Both the position numbers and the translations under genes were made by a program. 64,000 nucleotides of DNA, from NCBI GenBank assembly GCA_963724765.1, contig CAVRVY010000002.1, positions 192,001-256,000 of the forward strand, given 5' to 3'. Under the pieces are notes generated by a model that had not been told where the DNA came from, did no database searches, and worked only from the letters and a program-made list of their open reading frames with translations. The stretch is from an uncultured delta proteobacterium (lineage in GTDB: Bacteria > Desulfobacterota > Binatia > Binatales > Binataceae). Shown piece after piece: positions 52,431-60,809 of the stretch (position 1 is its first letter; each line of letters begins with the position of its first letter).

Positions 52431-54161
52431 TTAGGCGTTGAGCGTGGTCGCGGTCTGCGCGTTAGTATCGCCGAGCCCGCTTAGCAGCGTGGAGTCGATG
52501 TAGACGTTGAAGGTCAGACGTTCGGCCGGCGGCGGCGGCATCACGTCGATGTCGAAAACCAGTTGTCCGGCCGCCACCTGGTTGGACGGGTTCTCGGCGG
52601 GATTGTAGCTGGCGGAGCCGGCGACCAGCGCGCCGCGGCCGATGAGGCTGCGGATGAAGGCATTGACGCTGGCCAGGATCGCCGAGATGAGCGCGTTGCT
52701 AATCGGCTGATCGATGAACTGGAGCATCGCGAGTTCCACCGATTCCTCGATCACGTCCATCGTGCGGCGTATGCTGATGAAATTGTTGGGCGTGGTCACC
52801 GTGGGGTAGGCGGCCGAACGGTTGCCCCACACTCGCAGGCCGGTGCCGAAGGCGTTGAAGACGGTCACGATGCCCTGCGCGTTGAGGTTGTTTACGTCGC
52901 TCGCCGGATCCAGCACCGAGGCGTAAAGCGTCACGTCGGGACCGAGCGGGCCGGTCATCTGAGTATTTGAGGGCGACCACCAGTAACCCTGCGACAGGTC
53001 CTTGGCCGCGATCGTTCCAGCTACCCACTGCGAATACGGTCCAACCGCGGTGACGTTGGCTGCGTTCTGCACGGGCGTGCCCGCCGAATTGAGCGTAACA
53101 CCGGTCGGGACCAGACCCAGGTCGGAGAATTGCTCTTGCGGATAGCAGAGCAGGGCACGGTCCGAGCTGGTGTCGAACACGTTGCCTGCGACGCCGCGAT
53201 TGGCGATGGCGGTGGCCGGAGAGATCGACGGTGGAGAGTCGATCAGCGCCACCGCGCGAATTGTCAGCGCCGTCGAGAGCAATGCGCTGGCGGTCGCGGG
53301 ATCCTGCGAGTAGCCAGGCGCGATCAGAATCTTCGGGAAAAACCCCATCGTGCCGTAAGTCGTGCGCAGCGCCTGGATTCCCGTGTACATGGTGCCGGTG
53401 ACCGAACCGACGATGTCGCTGTCCTGCACCTTGCTCGGGTCGGCGTAGCTGAAGGAGACGCTGAGCGCTTCGCCGGTAGTGATTGCGCCGCCCGCTTTCT
53501 GCGTGACGATTCCGTTTATGGGGTCGAGCGTATAGTCAGTTCCGTTTATATAGGTAGTCGAACCGCCGCCGCTGTTCTTGACTAGCACATTCCAGACGCC
53601 CATATGTCCCAGGTTGAGTACCTGAGGTCCCGACGCCGGCATCGCCATCGCCTGTGCCGTGATGGCGGTGTAGTGGAGATAGGGGTTGAAGACGTTAACC
53701 ACGATCGCCTGGCCGGCGCCCTGGGCCTGGATGGCCGCGAGCGCGTAGGGAATCGTGTACCCCTGGATTAGCGGGCCGTACGCGGCGGTCGAGCCGGCGA
53801 TATTCGGATTGGCGGTAAAATTGACCAGCGTGGGCGCTTGCAACAGAGTCCCGGCGATGGTGACCAGCTTCCAGATTGCGGTGCCGTCGGCGGTGGTGGC
53901 GTTGAGCGTGGTCGACCAGGCCGGTGCGGCGGTGCCGGTAGTGCCGGCGGTGGAGCACTGCTGGATGTTGCCGTTGGGATCGACCAGTTGCAGGCCGGCC
54001 GCGACCACGCAACTGGGCTGCCACATCGCCGCCGCGCCGACGGCCGCCCACAGCGGCGCGGAGCCGACCAGGCCGATCACCGACGACTTGACGACTGTGA
54101 TTGGGACCGGTCCGGTGGAAGTTTCGATTGTTTCAATTCCATGTAGAAAGCTGGCTGCCAT
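52431..54161 (-). CDS. Contractile tail sheath (P2 FI-like) with two inserted accessory modules
   Basis: FLHGIET, VIGLVGSAP, PKILIAPGY, GYWWSPSN, GLRVWGNRS, PPPAERL. Confidence 0.93.
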   Translation of the reverse strand: MAASFLHGIETIETSTGPVPITVVKSSVIGLVGSAPLWAAVGAAAMWQPSCVVAAGLQLVDPNGNIQQCSTAGTTGTAAPAWSTTLNATTADGTAIWKLVTIAGTLLQAPTLVNFTANPNIAGSTAAYGPLIQGYTIPYALAAIQAQGAGQAIVVNVFNPYLHYTAITAQAMAMPASGPQVLNLGHMGVWNVLVKNSGGGSTTYINGTDYTLDPINGIVTQKAGGAITTGEALSVSFSYADPSKVQDSDIVGSVTGTMYTGIQALRTTYGTMGFFPKILIAPGYSQDPATASALLSTALTIRAVALIDSPPSISPATAIANRGVAGNVFDTSSDRALLCYPQEQFSDLGLVPTGVTLNSAGTPVQNAANVTAVGPYSQWVAGTIAAKDLSQGYWWSPSNTQMTGPLGPDVTLYASVLDPASDVNNLNAQGIVTVFNAFGTGLRVWGNRSAAYPTVTTPNNFISIRRTMDVIEESVELAMLQFIDQPISNALISAILASVNAFIRSLIGRGALVAGSASYNPAENPSNQVAAGQLVFDIDVMPPPPAERLTFNVYIDSTLLSGLGDTNAQTATTLNA

Positions 54162-54211
54162 CTTCTTTCACCTTCTTCTAATGCCTGCGGGAGTTGGCCG
54201 CTCCGTTGCGC

Positions 54212-55048
54212 CTAGTTGGTCGGGGCCGTCGGCGATGAAGAGCCGTTGGCGACCGCGGTGACCGTGTCGGAATAGGTATAGGTAACGTTGACCGTCGCAT
54301 TCGGAGCGATCGCGCCGCCCGCGGCCTGTGTGATGATTCCATTGACCGCGTCCAGCGTGTAATCAGTGCCGGCGAGATAGGCATTGCCGCCGCCAGCCGG
54401 GCTAATTACAAGGTTGGCGACATTACCCACCGGCAACTGGATCACACCCTGCGAGTTGAATGTGTATGCGGCCTGCGTGGCTGCCGTGGCGGTCTGCCCG
54501 CCCTCTTTCAACGCAGTGCCTTTGATGAAGAGCGGGAAATTGTCCAGCGTCGAGGTTTCCAGCGCCATTGTCTCGAGCGCGTAGAGTGCCGACCAGGTCC
54601 ATACGCCGCCTTGCGGGTCGCGGCCCAGGAACTGTTCCCTAAGCGGGAACATCTTGCGGCATCCGGGAACGCGAAAACCGGTCAGTGCGGCGCGGATCGC
54701 TTCGAGCAGCGCGTAGGCGCCGGGGTTGGGCCCCGACGGGTCGGCGCCGAAACTCCATCCGAGGTCGCGCACCAGCAGGAGGATTTCGAATTCGAGCCGG
54801 CGCGCCTGCGCGATCGCTGCCGTATCGATCAACGCTCCGTATGTCGCGCCGCGCCAGGCCACCAGGGCTGCTCCGATACGATGGGTGAGGCGGTAGGCGG
54901 CCGGCTTGTCGGGAAATTGCGCGATCTCGATCGCGCTTATCTGCGCACGAAGCTGCGCCGCGACCGCCGACTCGATGGTTGCGATATCGAGCGGCGTGGG
55001 CGGCGTGAAAATCTGCCCGGCCCAGGCGCTGTCCAGCGTCACGCCCAT
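54212..55048 (-). CDS. Mu gp37-like tail terminator with C-terminal accessory domain
   Basis: FPD.P..Y...H..GA.LV, Y.LLE..R.ALTG; position after gp36. Confidence 0.75.
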   Translation of the reverse strand: MGVTLDSAWAGQIFTPPTPLDIATIESAVAAQLRAQISAIEIAQFPDKPAAYRLTHRIGAALVAWRGATYGALIDTAAIAQARRLEFEILLLVRDLGWSFGADPSGPNPGAYALLEAIRAALTGFRVPGCRKMFPLREQFLGRDPQGGVWTWSALYALETMALETSTLDNFPLFIKGTALKEGGQTATAATQAAYTFNSQGVIQLPVGNVANLVISPAGGGNAYLAGTDYTLDAVNGIITQAAGGAIAPNATVNVTYTYSDTVTAVANGSSSPTAPTN

Positions 55049-55050
55049 CG

Positions 55051-55500
55051 TCAGAACCCCTTCAAACTGCCGCGGCTGAAAACGCGCTGCGGTAGCGCGC
55101 CTGCCTCGGTGACGACCGCGCCCGCGGCCTCGGGCGGTTCCTGGTTATCCGGCGCAAGGCCCAGCGTGAGGGTGCCGTCGGCGACGCGCACCAGGACCGC
55201 CACCGCGTCTTCGTAGCGCTTGCGCGCCTCGGCCAGATCGTGGAGCGGGCGCAACGCCTGCAAGCGGTACATCGCGACGTCGCAAGTCAGGCGCGCAAGT
55301 ACGGCGGGCGGATCGTTGAGCGGCAGGGTGAAGCGGCTTTCCAGGTAGCCGTCGATCTCGGCCGAGGCGTCGGCGAGCGCCTGCTGCAGGACGCCATCGT
55401 TGACGACGGTCTGAGTCGGATCCTCGTTGGTCAGCTGCACGAGATCGCGGTTGGGGTAGCGTGCGATCATGTCCGAGGGTTGCGCGTAAACCATGGCCAA
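55051..55500 (-). CDS. Mu gp36 / DUF1320 head-tail adaptor
   Basis: AL.DASAEIDGYL..R..LPL...P..L....CD.A.YRL, RYEDA, FSR. Confidence 0.9.
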   Translation of the reverse strand: MAMVYAQPSDMIARYPNRDLVQLTNEDPTQTVVNDGVLQQALADASAEIDGYLESRFTLPLNDPPAVLARLTCDVAMYRLQALRPLHDLAEARKRYEDAVAVLVRVADGTLTLGLAPDNQEPPEAAGAVVTEAGALPQRVFSRGSLKGF

Positions 55501-55598
55501 TACTTCCTTATCGTTTGCCTAGCTCGCGTGCGGGGCGGGCGGCCCGGAACGGAGCCTGGCGGCTTCCGTCCCGGGCTCGCATCGGGAGGAGGGAGGGA

Positions 55599-56543
55599 CT
55601 AGGCGAGGTACTCGCTGACAATCAGGTCGGCGCTGTTGCGCCAGATGTTGGTGGTGGGCACGGAGGAGCTGGCGCCGGCGCCGACCATGAACTCCGAGTT
55701 GAGCAGCTGGCGGGCGACTTCCTCGAGCGAGGGCGGTACCAGCAGGTAGACGCCTTTGCGGCTGGAGAGCGCGCCGAACGGCAGTCCGCCGTCGGTTTTA
55801 ATCGAGCGCATCGCCGCGCGCGCCGCGCCATAGTTGGTCGGATTGCTGAGATCCGTGTTGCTCGCGTAACAGAGCTGCCACAGCCCGACCCCGGTGTTGG
55901 CGCGGCCGTCGACGCCGTAGCGGAATTCGCGCCGATTGAAGACCGCCTCGTCGGTGAGCGTGTTCATCCGCGTGACCGCGTACTCGCGGCGCAGCTGGAA
56001 GATGAACGGCCGGATCGGGCGCGAGGCGTCGATCAGGAACCAGTAGGCGCCGCTGCCGGTGGAGTTGACGTTGGCGACCTCCGTCGGCGTGTTGCCCATC
56101 GGCCCTACCGGATGGGTTGCGGAGAAAAAGGCCTGGCCGTCGTAGCCGAGAACGGAGGAGGGCGTGTTCACGGCCGCCTTGATGGTCGAGAAGAGCAGCA
56201 TGTCGGGATGTACCTTGGTGTCCCAGCCGAGCTGCTCGATGACCGGCTCGTAGACGCCGTAGGTGTCGTCCTCGACGTCGTTGCGGTCGATGCCGACGGT
56301 GTCCTCGAAGTTCTTGTTGACGATCGTGTAGGCGTGAGCCTCGAGCGCCTGGGCCACGCGGCTGCCGAGCCACTCGCGGAACTTGGTGGTGCGGCCGAGC
56401 CACGGGTAGGTCGTCTGCCGCGAGCCCGAGCGCACGATCGAGGCGATCTGCTCGTAGTAGCTCGGCGGCGTTTCGAACCCGCGCTGGAAGATAACGTCGA
56501 AGCCGGTGAACAGTGCGGTGAGATTTGCTGCGCTGATTTCCAT
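55599..56543 (-). CDS. Mu-like major capsid protein gpT
   Basis: YPWLG....REWLG.R, Y.I.NK.FE.TV...R..EDD, YDGQ.FF...HP, FRYGVD.R.N.G.G.WQ, LLVPP.LE. Confidence 0.93.
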   Translation of the reverse strand: MEISAANLTALFTGFDVIFQRGFETPPSYYEQIASIVRSGSRQTTYPWLGRTTKFREWLGSRVAQALEAHAYTIVNKNFEDTVGIDRNDVEDDTYGVYEPVIEQLGWDTKVHPDMLLFSTIKAAVNTPSSVLGYDGQAFFSATHPVGPMGNTPTEVANVNSTGSGAYWFLIDASRPIRPFIFQLRREYAVTRMNTLTDEAVFNRREFRYGVDGRANTGVGLWQLCYASNTDLSNPTNYGAARAAMRSIKTDGGLPFGALSSRKGVYLLVPPSLEEVARQLLNSEFMVGAGASSSVPTTNIWRNSADLIVSEYLA

Positions 56544-56602
56544 CGTTGCTACCGTGTGGGCCCGCGGCGCGGCCGCGAGCGGCTGGAGGTTGAGCGGTTG
56601 GC

Positions 56603-57334
56603 CTAGACCGCGAGTGCCGCCTGATGCCAGAAGTCGACCCAGACCTGGCCACTGGGGTCGAGGTTGACGATCGCGCCGGCGACGCTGCGCGCGGGGCCGC
56701 CCCAGTTGTACGAGACCAGGACCGTGGCGGCGGCCGCGATCGCGCCGCCGCTTGGCGCCAGCATGATCAGCCCCGCCTGGTAATCGACCACGTAGTCGGT
56801 GCCCTCGACGTAGGTGGTACCGGCGGGCGAAGAGGTCACCACGACCTTCGAGATGTTCTCGTGGCCGAGGCTGATGATCTGCGCGCTGGTCGAGACGGGA
56901 AACGTATGCGACTGCGCACTGACCGCGGTCGCGCCTGAGCCGTCGCTGAGCGACACCGAGTTGTCGTCGACCGCGAAACAGGGCATCCCGACCTGGGGCT
57001 GCGCGATCGATCCGTCGTTGATCGCGTAAAGAAAGACCCCGCGCGCGCAAATCACCGAGATCGCGCCGGCCGCGCCGGCCGGCAGGTTGGTTCCGGGAAT
57101 CGTCACCGACGACGTGTTGACCGCGTCCTGCCCCGGCATCCCGAGATAGGTGCCCTCGGCGCGGCCGACGATCCGCAGTCCCGCGGTGGAAGCGGCGGGC
57201 ACCGCGTTGCCGTTGGCGTTGAGCGCCACCATCGAACCCAGGTAAACCGTGGTGCTGGCCTCGACCGGGTAGATCTGCATCCGCCCGAAGTCGGACATCT
57301 CAGGCGTGTTGCGTGAGCTGGTTAGAGCCGCCAT
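56603..57334 (-). CDS. Head decoration / cement-like protein with inserted accessory domain
   Basis: AL...RNTP, PV.A....Y.G..V.....G.A.PA, G..C.AVDD; position between protease and capsid. Confidence 0.72.
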   Translation of the reverse strand: MAALTSSRNTPEMSDFGRMQIYPVEASTTVYLGSMVALNANGNAVPAASTAGLRIVGRAEGTYLGMPGQDAVNTSSVTIPGTNLPAGAAGAISVICARGVFLYAINDGSIAQPQVGMPCFAVDDNSVSLSDGSGATAVSAQSHTFPVSTSAQIISLGHENISKVVVTSSPAGTTYVEGTDYVVDYQAGLIMLAPSGGAIAAAATVLVSYNWGGPARSVAGAIVNLDPSGQVWVDFWHQAALAV

Positions 57335-57391
57335 TTCGTCACCTCTTTGAATCCTGCCTTTGCCTGTCCGGCCACGCTGTGCGCGTCCGGT

Positions 57392-58546
57392 CTAGTCGTT
57401 GCCGCGGTTGAGCCGCAGAAAATCGCTGCGCCCGGAACGCTTGCGCCCGAGGTAGTCCTCGGGGCTCAAGCCGAGTTGCGTACAGATCGCGGTCTCGGCG
57501 GCCGTCAGTGCGGACCTCGCGGCGCGGGAGGGCGGCGCACTGAAAGTCGCGGCCGCGTTCTCGAAGCCCGCGCCGAAAGCCATCGGCTGGCGCGAGGCGA
57601 AGGCGGCGAAGCCCTTGAAGTCCGCCTGGCAATAGGAGATTGCCCATTGACGCTGGGCCGGAATCAGCTTGCCCGCTTTGATCGCGTCGTCGACCGCGCG
57701 CTCGGCGCGCTCGCTGGCGCGCTCGGCGCGCATTTGATTCAGCTCGGCCAGTACGCGCTGAAACTGCGCGACCGCCACGTAGCGCGCCGGGTCGGCGCCG
57801 GCTCCGGCCTGCATTGCACCGGCGCCATCGTCGTCGTCGTCGTCCGCGCAGTCATCGTCTTGCGCGCCGTCGCGCCCGCCGTCTTCATCGTCATCGCCGT
57901 GGGCGCTTTCGTTCAGCGCGCGCACCGCCGCGAGGACCTCCTCGGGCGAGCAGTCGTCGTCGAGTCCGAGCATTTCGCACAACTGTTGCAGCAGCGTGTC
58001 CATCGCTTTGTCCCCTTCGGGGTGCGGCTCAACCACTTCGGCCGCACGCGCCGAGATCGCGGTCAGATAGAGATTCGGATTGTTGGTCAGTCCCGCGCGC
58101 AAAAGCCGCGTGACCGCGCCGTCAGGCGAGTACTGGAAGACCGGCGAGATGTAGCGGTACTCGCGCGAAGTGATGGCTTTGGCACCATGCGGAGTCCATT
58201 CCACGCGGCCCCACAGCGCGCCGTCGCGCTCCGCGAGTTCCCGGATCCATCCGGCGGCGGGAGCCGGACGGCCCTTGGGTGCGGCGAAGTCGGTCGCATG
58301 ATCGTAATCGATCGGCACGCCTGCGGTGAGGCCGAGCGCCTCGGTCGCCGCGATTACGCGCGTCGGGCTGGCAAGCCGGAATGGGCCGCGGCCGTCGCGT
58401 CCGCTGAACTCGCCCCCCGGGATCAGCATCACCCACTCGGGCGGCGCGCTGGAGGAAAGATCGGCGTCCTCGATCGCGGTGCCATGCACCGCCAGCGGGC
58501 CGCCCCGTTCAATCTGCTCTATGGTTTTGAAGTGCGTCACGTCCAT
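57392..58546 (-). CDS. Mu gpI-like capsid maturation protease / scaffold
   Basis: GRDGR, IDYDH, APAAGWI, VEWT..G...I...EYRYISPVF, AGLTNNPNL; C-terminal A..GK..PA...WA. Confidence 0.92.
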   Translation of the reverse strand: MDVTHFKTIEQIERGGPLAVHGTAIEDADLSSSAPPEWVMLIPGGEFSGRDGRGPFRLASPTRVIAATEALGLTAGVPIDYDHATDFAAPKGRPAPAAGWIRELAERDGALWGRVEWTPHGAKAITSREYRYISPVFQYSPDGAVTRLLRAGLTNNPNLYLTAISARAAEVVEPHPEGDKAMDTLLQQLCEMLGLDDDCSPEEVLAAVRALNESAHGDDDEDGGRDGAQDDDCADDDDDDGAGAMQAGAGADPARYVAVAQFQRVLAELNQMRAERASERAERAVDDAIKAGKLIPAQRQWAISYCQADFKGFAAFASRQPMAFGAGFENAAATFSAPPSRAARSALTAAETAICTQLGLSPEDYLGRKRSGRSDFLRLNRGND

Positions 58547-58583
58547 CGCGCGGAAGTGTGCCCGAATCCCCGAATCTGCATAA

Positions 58584-58602
58584 GGGTGAAATATTTTCAC
58601 CC
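58584..58602. promoter_or_regulatory. Perfect inverted repeat (candidate operator) upstream of gpI
   Basis: GGGTGAAA-TAT-TTTCACCC about 38 bp before the operon's first ATG. Confidence 0.5.
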
Positions 58603-58831
58603 CCAGACGTGGGCGGACCTGCTGACGTTTGGATTCCCGCGCTGCAAGAATGACGAGAGCGGAGAGGCGACGTGAGGGCAGATGAAAATGGAGACGCGGC
58701 CGGTGCCTTCTCAAAACTTTTTAAGCCCTTTCCCGCATCCGATGCGGGCGAGGGCTCAGAAAGGCGTCCGACCTCGTTTGCTCGTTGAGTCGCGTGATCT
58801 CTATGGTGAAAAAAGGGGGACTATCCGGCAC

Positions 58832-58860
58832 TTGACGGATAACGTCCCATGCTGTATATT
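58832..58860 (+). promoter_or_regulatory. Sigma70-like promoter with -35 in the left TIR, driving the transposase (probably leaderless)
   Basis: TTGACG-17 bp-TATATT, ATG 7 nt downstream. Confidence 0.65.
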
Positions 58861-58867
58861 TCTATCC

Positions 58868-59755
58868 ATGATGACGCTCAAAGAATTGCTGACGACTTTC
58901 CCGAACGAAGATGCGTGCCGCGAGTTCCTGATGGAGCGCCGCTGGCCTAACGGTGTGCGCTGTCCTCGCTGTGGCAAGACCGAAACGGTTTACAAGTTGG
59001 CGAAGCCTTGGAAGTGGGAGTGCTCCAATAAGGATTGCCGCAGGGGCAACGCTTACCGCTTCTCTATCATCAGTGGAACGGTTTTCGAGAATACGAAATA
59101 CCCGCTTCGCACGTGGTTTGAAGTTGTCTGGCAAATGCTCAACAGCAAAAAGGGCGTGAGCGCGCTTCAGATTCAGCGCCAGATCGGTTGCTCGTCGTAC
59201 CAGACGGCTTGGTACATGTGCCATCGCTTGCGCGCCGCAATGCACGATCCCGATTTCAAGCAACTGATGGGCATTGTTGAGGTGGACGAAACCTACATCG
59301 GCGGCAAAAACGCCAACCGTCCGCTGAGCAAGCGTTTCAATCTGAAGGGGCGTGGCGCGGTCGGTAAGGTTGCGCTCATCGGCGCGATCTCTCGCAAGGG
59401 CAACATCACTTGCCAAATCATCGAAGATACTTCGACGGCTACCATGTCGCGCTTTGTGCGTCAGATGGTTTCGGAGAAGGTCGATCTGGTCGCGACCGAT
59501 GAGGGCGCGGGCTACAAAAAGCTGTATCAGGCTTTCCCGCACAAGACGGTCGATCACAAGGCGTTTGAGTACGTGCGTGGCGAGGTCCACACGAACAATA
59601 TCGAAAGCTTCTGGTCGCTCCTGAAGCGCGGAGTCATTGGCACCTACCACAACGTAAGCAAGAAATATCTGCCGCTCTATCTCGCGGAGTTTCAGTTCCG
59701 TCATAACAATCGCAAGAACCCCGACATTTTCGGCGAGGCGATAGCGGGGGCCTGA
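58868..59755 (+). CDS. IS1595-family transposase
   Basis: RWPNG..CPRC zinc ribbon, KKGVSA.Q..R, VEVDETY.GG, TD...GY, VHTN.IESFWS.LKR, YL.EF.FR.N.R. Confidence 0.95.
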   Translation: MMTLKELLTTFPNEDACREFLMERRWPNGVRCPRCGKTETVYKLAKPWKWECSNKDCRRGNAYRFSIISGTVFENTKYPLRTWFEVVWQMLNSKKGVSALQIQRQIGCSSYQTAWYMCHRLRAAMHDPDFKQLMGIVEVDETYIGGKNANRPLSKRFNLKGRGAVGKVALIGAISRKGNITCQIIEDTSTATMSRFVRQMVSEKVDLVATDEGAGYKKLYQAFPHKTVDHKAFEYVRGEVHTNNIESFWSLLKRGVIGTYHNVSKKYLPLYLAEFQFRHNNRKNPDIFGEAIAGA

Positions 59756-59842
59756 AGCTGAAGCGTACTGACTGGCGGTCGCTTCAGTGGACTGGAAGCG
59801 ACGCCAGCGAGTCGAGTCAATTGAAATTGCCATTCCCATCGC

Positions 59843-59998
59843 CTAAGCCTTGGATTCGGTTTGAGCCTCAGCTTGTGCTTGTTTTCGACGCTTCGCCGCG
59901 CGCCGCTTCTGCGCTCGATAGTGCGGGTGCGTCTTCTCGTGATACTCTTTGCAAGTCCAGCAATAGAAGTGAGTGATCTTTTGTGCGTACTTAGCCAT
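59843..59998 (-). CDS. Small IS passenger protein with CxxC-H-H motif and basic tail
   Basis: MAKYAQKITHFYCWTCKEYHEKTHPHY...KRRAAKRRK; ATG overlaps the upstream stop (TAATG). Confidence 0.55.
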   Translation of the reverse strand: MAKYAQKITHFYCWTCKEYHEKTHPHYRAQKRRAAKRRKQAQAEAQTESKA

Positions 59999-60762
59999 TA
60001 GCTCCAGGGGGATGGTGGCCCGGACCAAGAGTCATCACCAATGATGATCATCATTTGATGCTCGGCCTCTGGCGTGGTAATGACGCCCGGGGTCCATCGA
60101 GCATCCAATCCTATTTTGGTGAGGGCCATTGCTATTTGCCTTCCGCTCCAATTGGACGGTCGCGTAAAGACATCTACGCTGTATCGCAGGGAACCGGGAT
60201 TGACGGTTTGTCCGTTTACGGTACACGGCTCAATTGTCTGCATTTGTTTGCTGGCCATTTCCACAAGCAAAGCGCGGAGTCGGCTGTGCTTTTGCGGACC
60301 GGCGATAGTTAAGAAACATGGCCGCGGGAGTGTGAGGAAAGCGCCCTGTACGTCTAAAAGACCGTCGAATGAAATGTGCGATTTCATTTCTGCGGTCTCT
60401 GCCACCCACGACGGAGAGGGAACAACATCGTGGTGTCGGTGGGTCGATTGTGAAACCGGCGTGCTCGTGGGCACAGCGGTAGAAACGCTGGACGCAACCA
60501 CCGGTAGCTTAACGGGAACCGATGTTGCAGGCGTATTATTGCCGTTCCACAGCACAAACGCCATCGAAGCCATCGTGACGACACCCAACGCTATGGCCGC
60601 ACCACGCATCTCCCGTTGAAGGGGCGAACTGCGGTACCACGCGACGGCCCAAGCAAGCGTCGTCAAAACTGTTGCTCCAAGGGACCATTCCCATAAAAAA
60701 TCGAAGGCTTTCCATAGCCCCCACCAAAAACCGATTGTCTGAACGTCGTGCCACATAAGCAC
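59998..60762 (-). CDS. IS passenger membrane protein of unknown function
   Basis: Trp-rich N-terminal TMs, Pro/Thr/Ser linker, C-terminal globular part; lower GC. Confidence 0.6.
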   Translation of the reverse strand: MLMWHDVQTIGFWWGLWKAFDFLWEWSLGATVLTTLAWAVAWYRSSPLQREMRGAAIALGVVTMASMAFVLWNGNNTPATSVPVKLPVVASSVSTAVPTSTPVSQSTHRHHDVVPSPSWVAETAEMKSHISFDGLLDVQGAFLTLPRPCFLTIAGPQKHSRLRALLVEMASKQMQTIEPCTVNGQTVNPGSLRYSVDVFTRPSNWSGRQIAMALTKIGLDARWTPGVITTPEAEHQMMIIIGDDSWSGPPSPWS

Positions 60763-60809
60763 GAGAAATACCGCAACAACCGCTATCCGTCAACACGCGG
60801 ATACTCCCC

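Larger units (their letters stand above)
40467..58602 (-). mobile_element. Phage-derived structural operon (Mu-like head + P2-like contractile tail) lacking packaging, integration and lysis genes
   Basis: About 20 co-oriented, tightly packed structural ORFs in canonical order. Confidence 0.88.
58816..60809. mobile_element. IS1595-family element carrying passenger genes (tIS)
   Basis: 26-bp TIRs GGGGACTATCCGGCACTTGACGGATA and revcomp GGGGAGTATCCGCGTGTTGACGGATA (21/26 identical); flanks GAAAAAAG and AAAAAAAG. Confidence 0.85.

Noticed and set aside
56544-57050. 169-aa N-terminal extension of gpT in the ORF track
   Set aside because: It overlaps the decoration gene; capsid homology starts at MEISAANL (56543).
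40467-58546. Classification as eCIS, T6SS or R-type tailocin
   Set aside because: Capsid, protease and head-tail adaptor genes are present; no Afp15-type ATPase, Tss membrane complex or lysis cassette was seen.
38513-58815. attL/attR direct repeats or Mu-type ends bounding the phage operon
   Set aside because: No convincing repeat pair, tRNA or integrase found by eye; a computational repeat search is needed.
58682-58867. N-terminal extension of the transposase ORF
   Set aside because: It crosses the left TIR; the promoter position supports a start at 58868.
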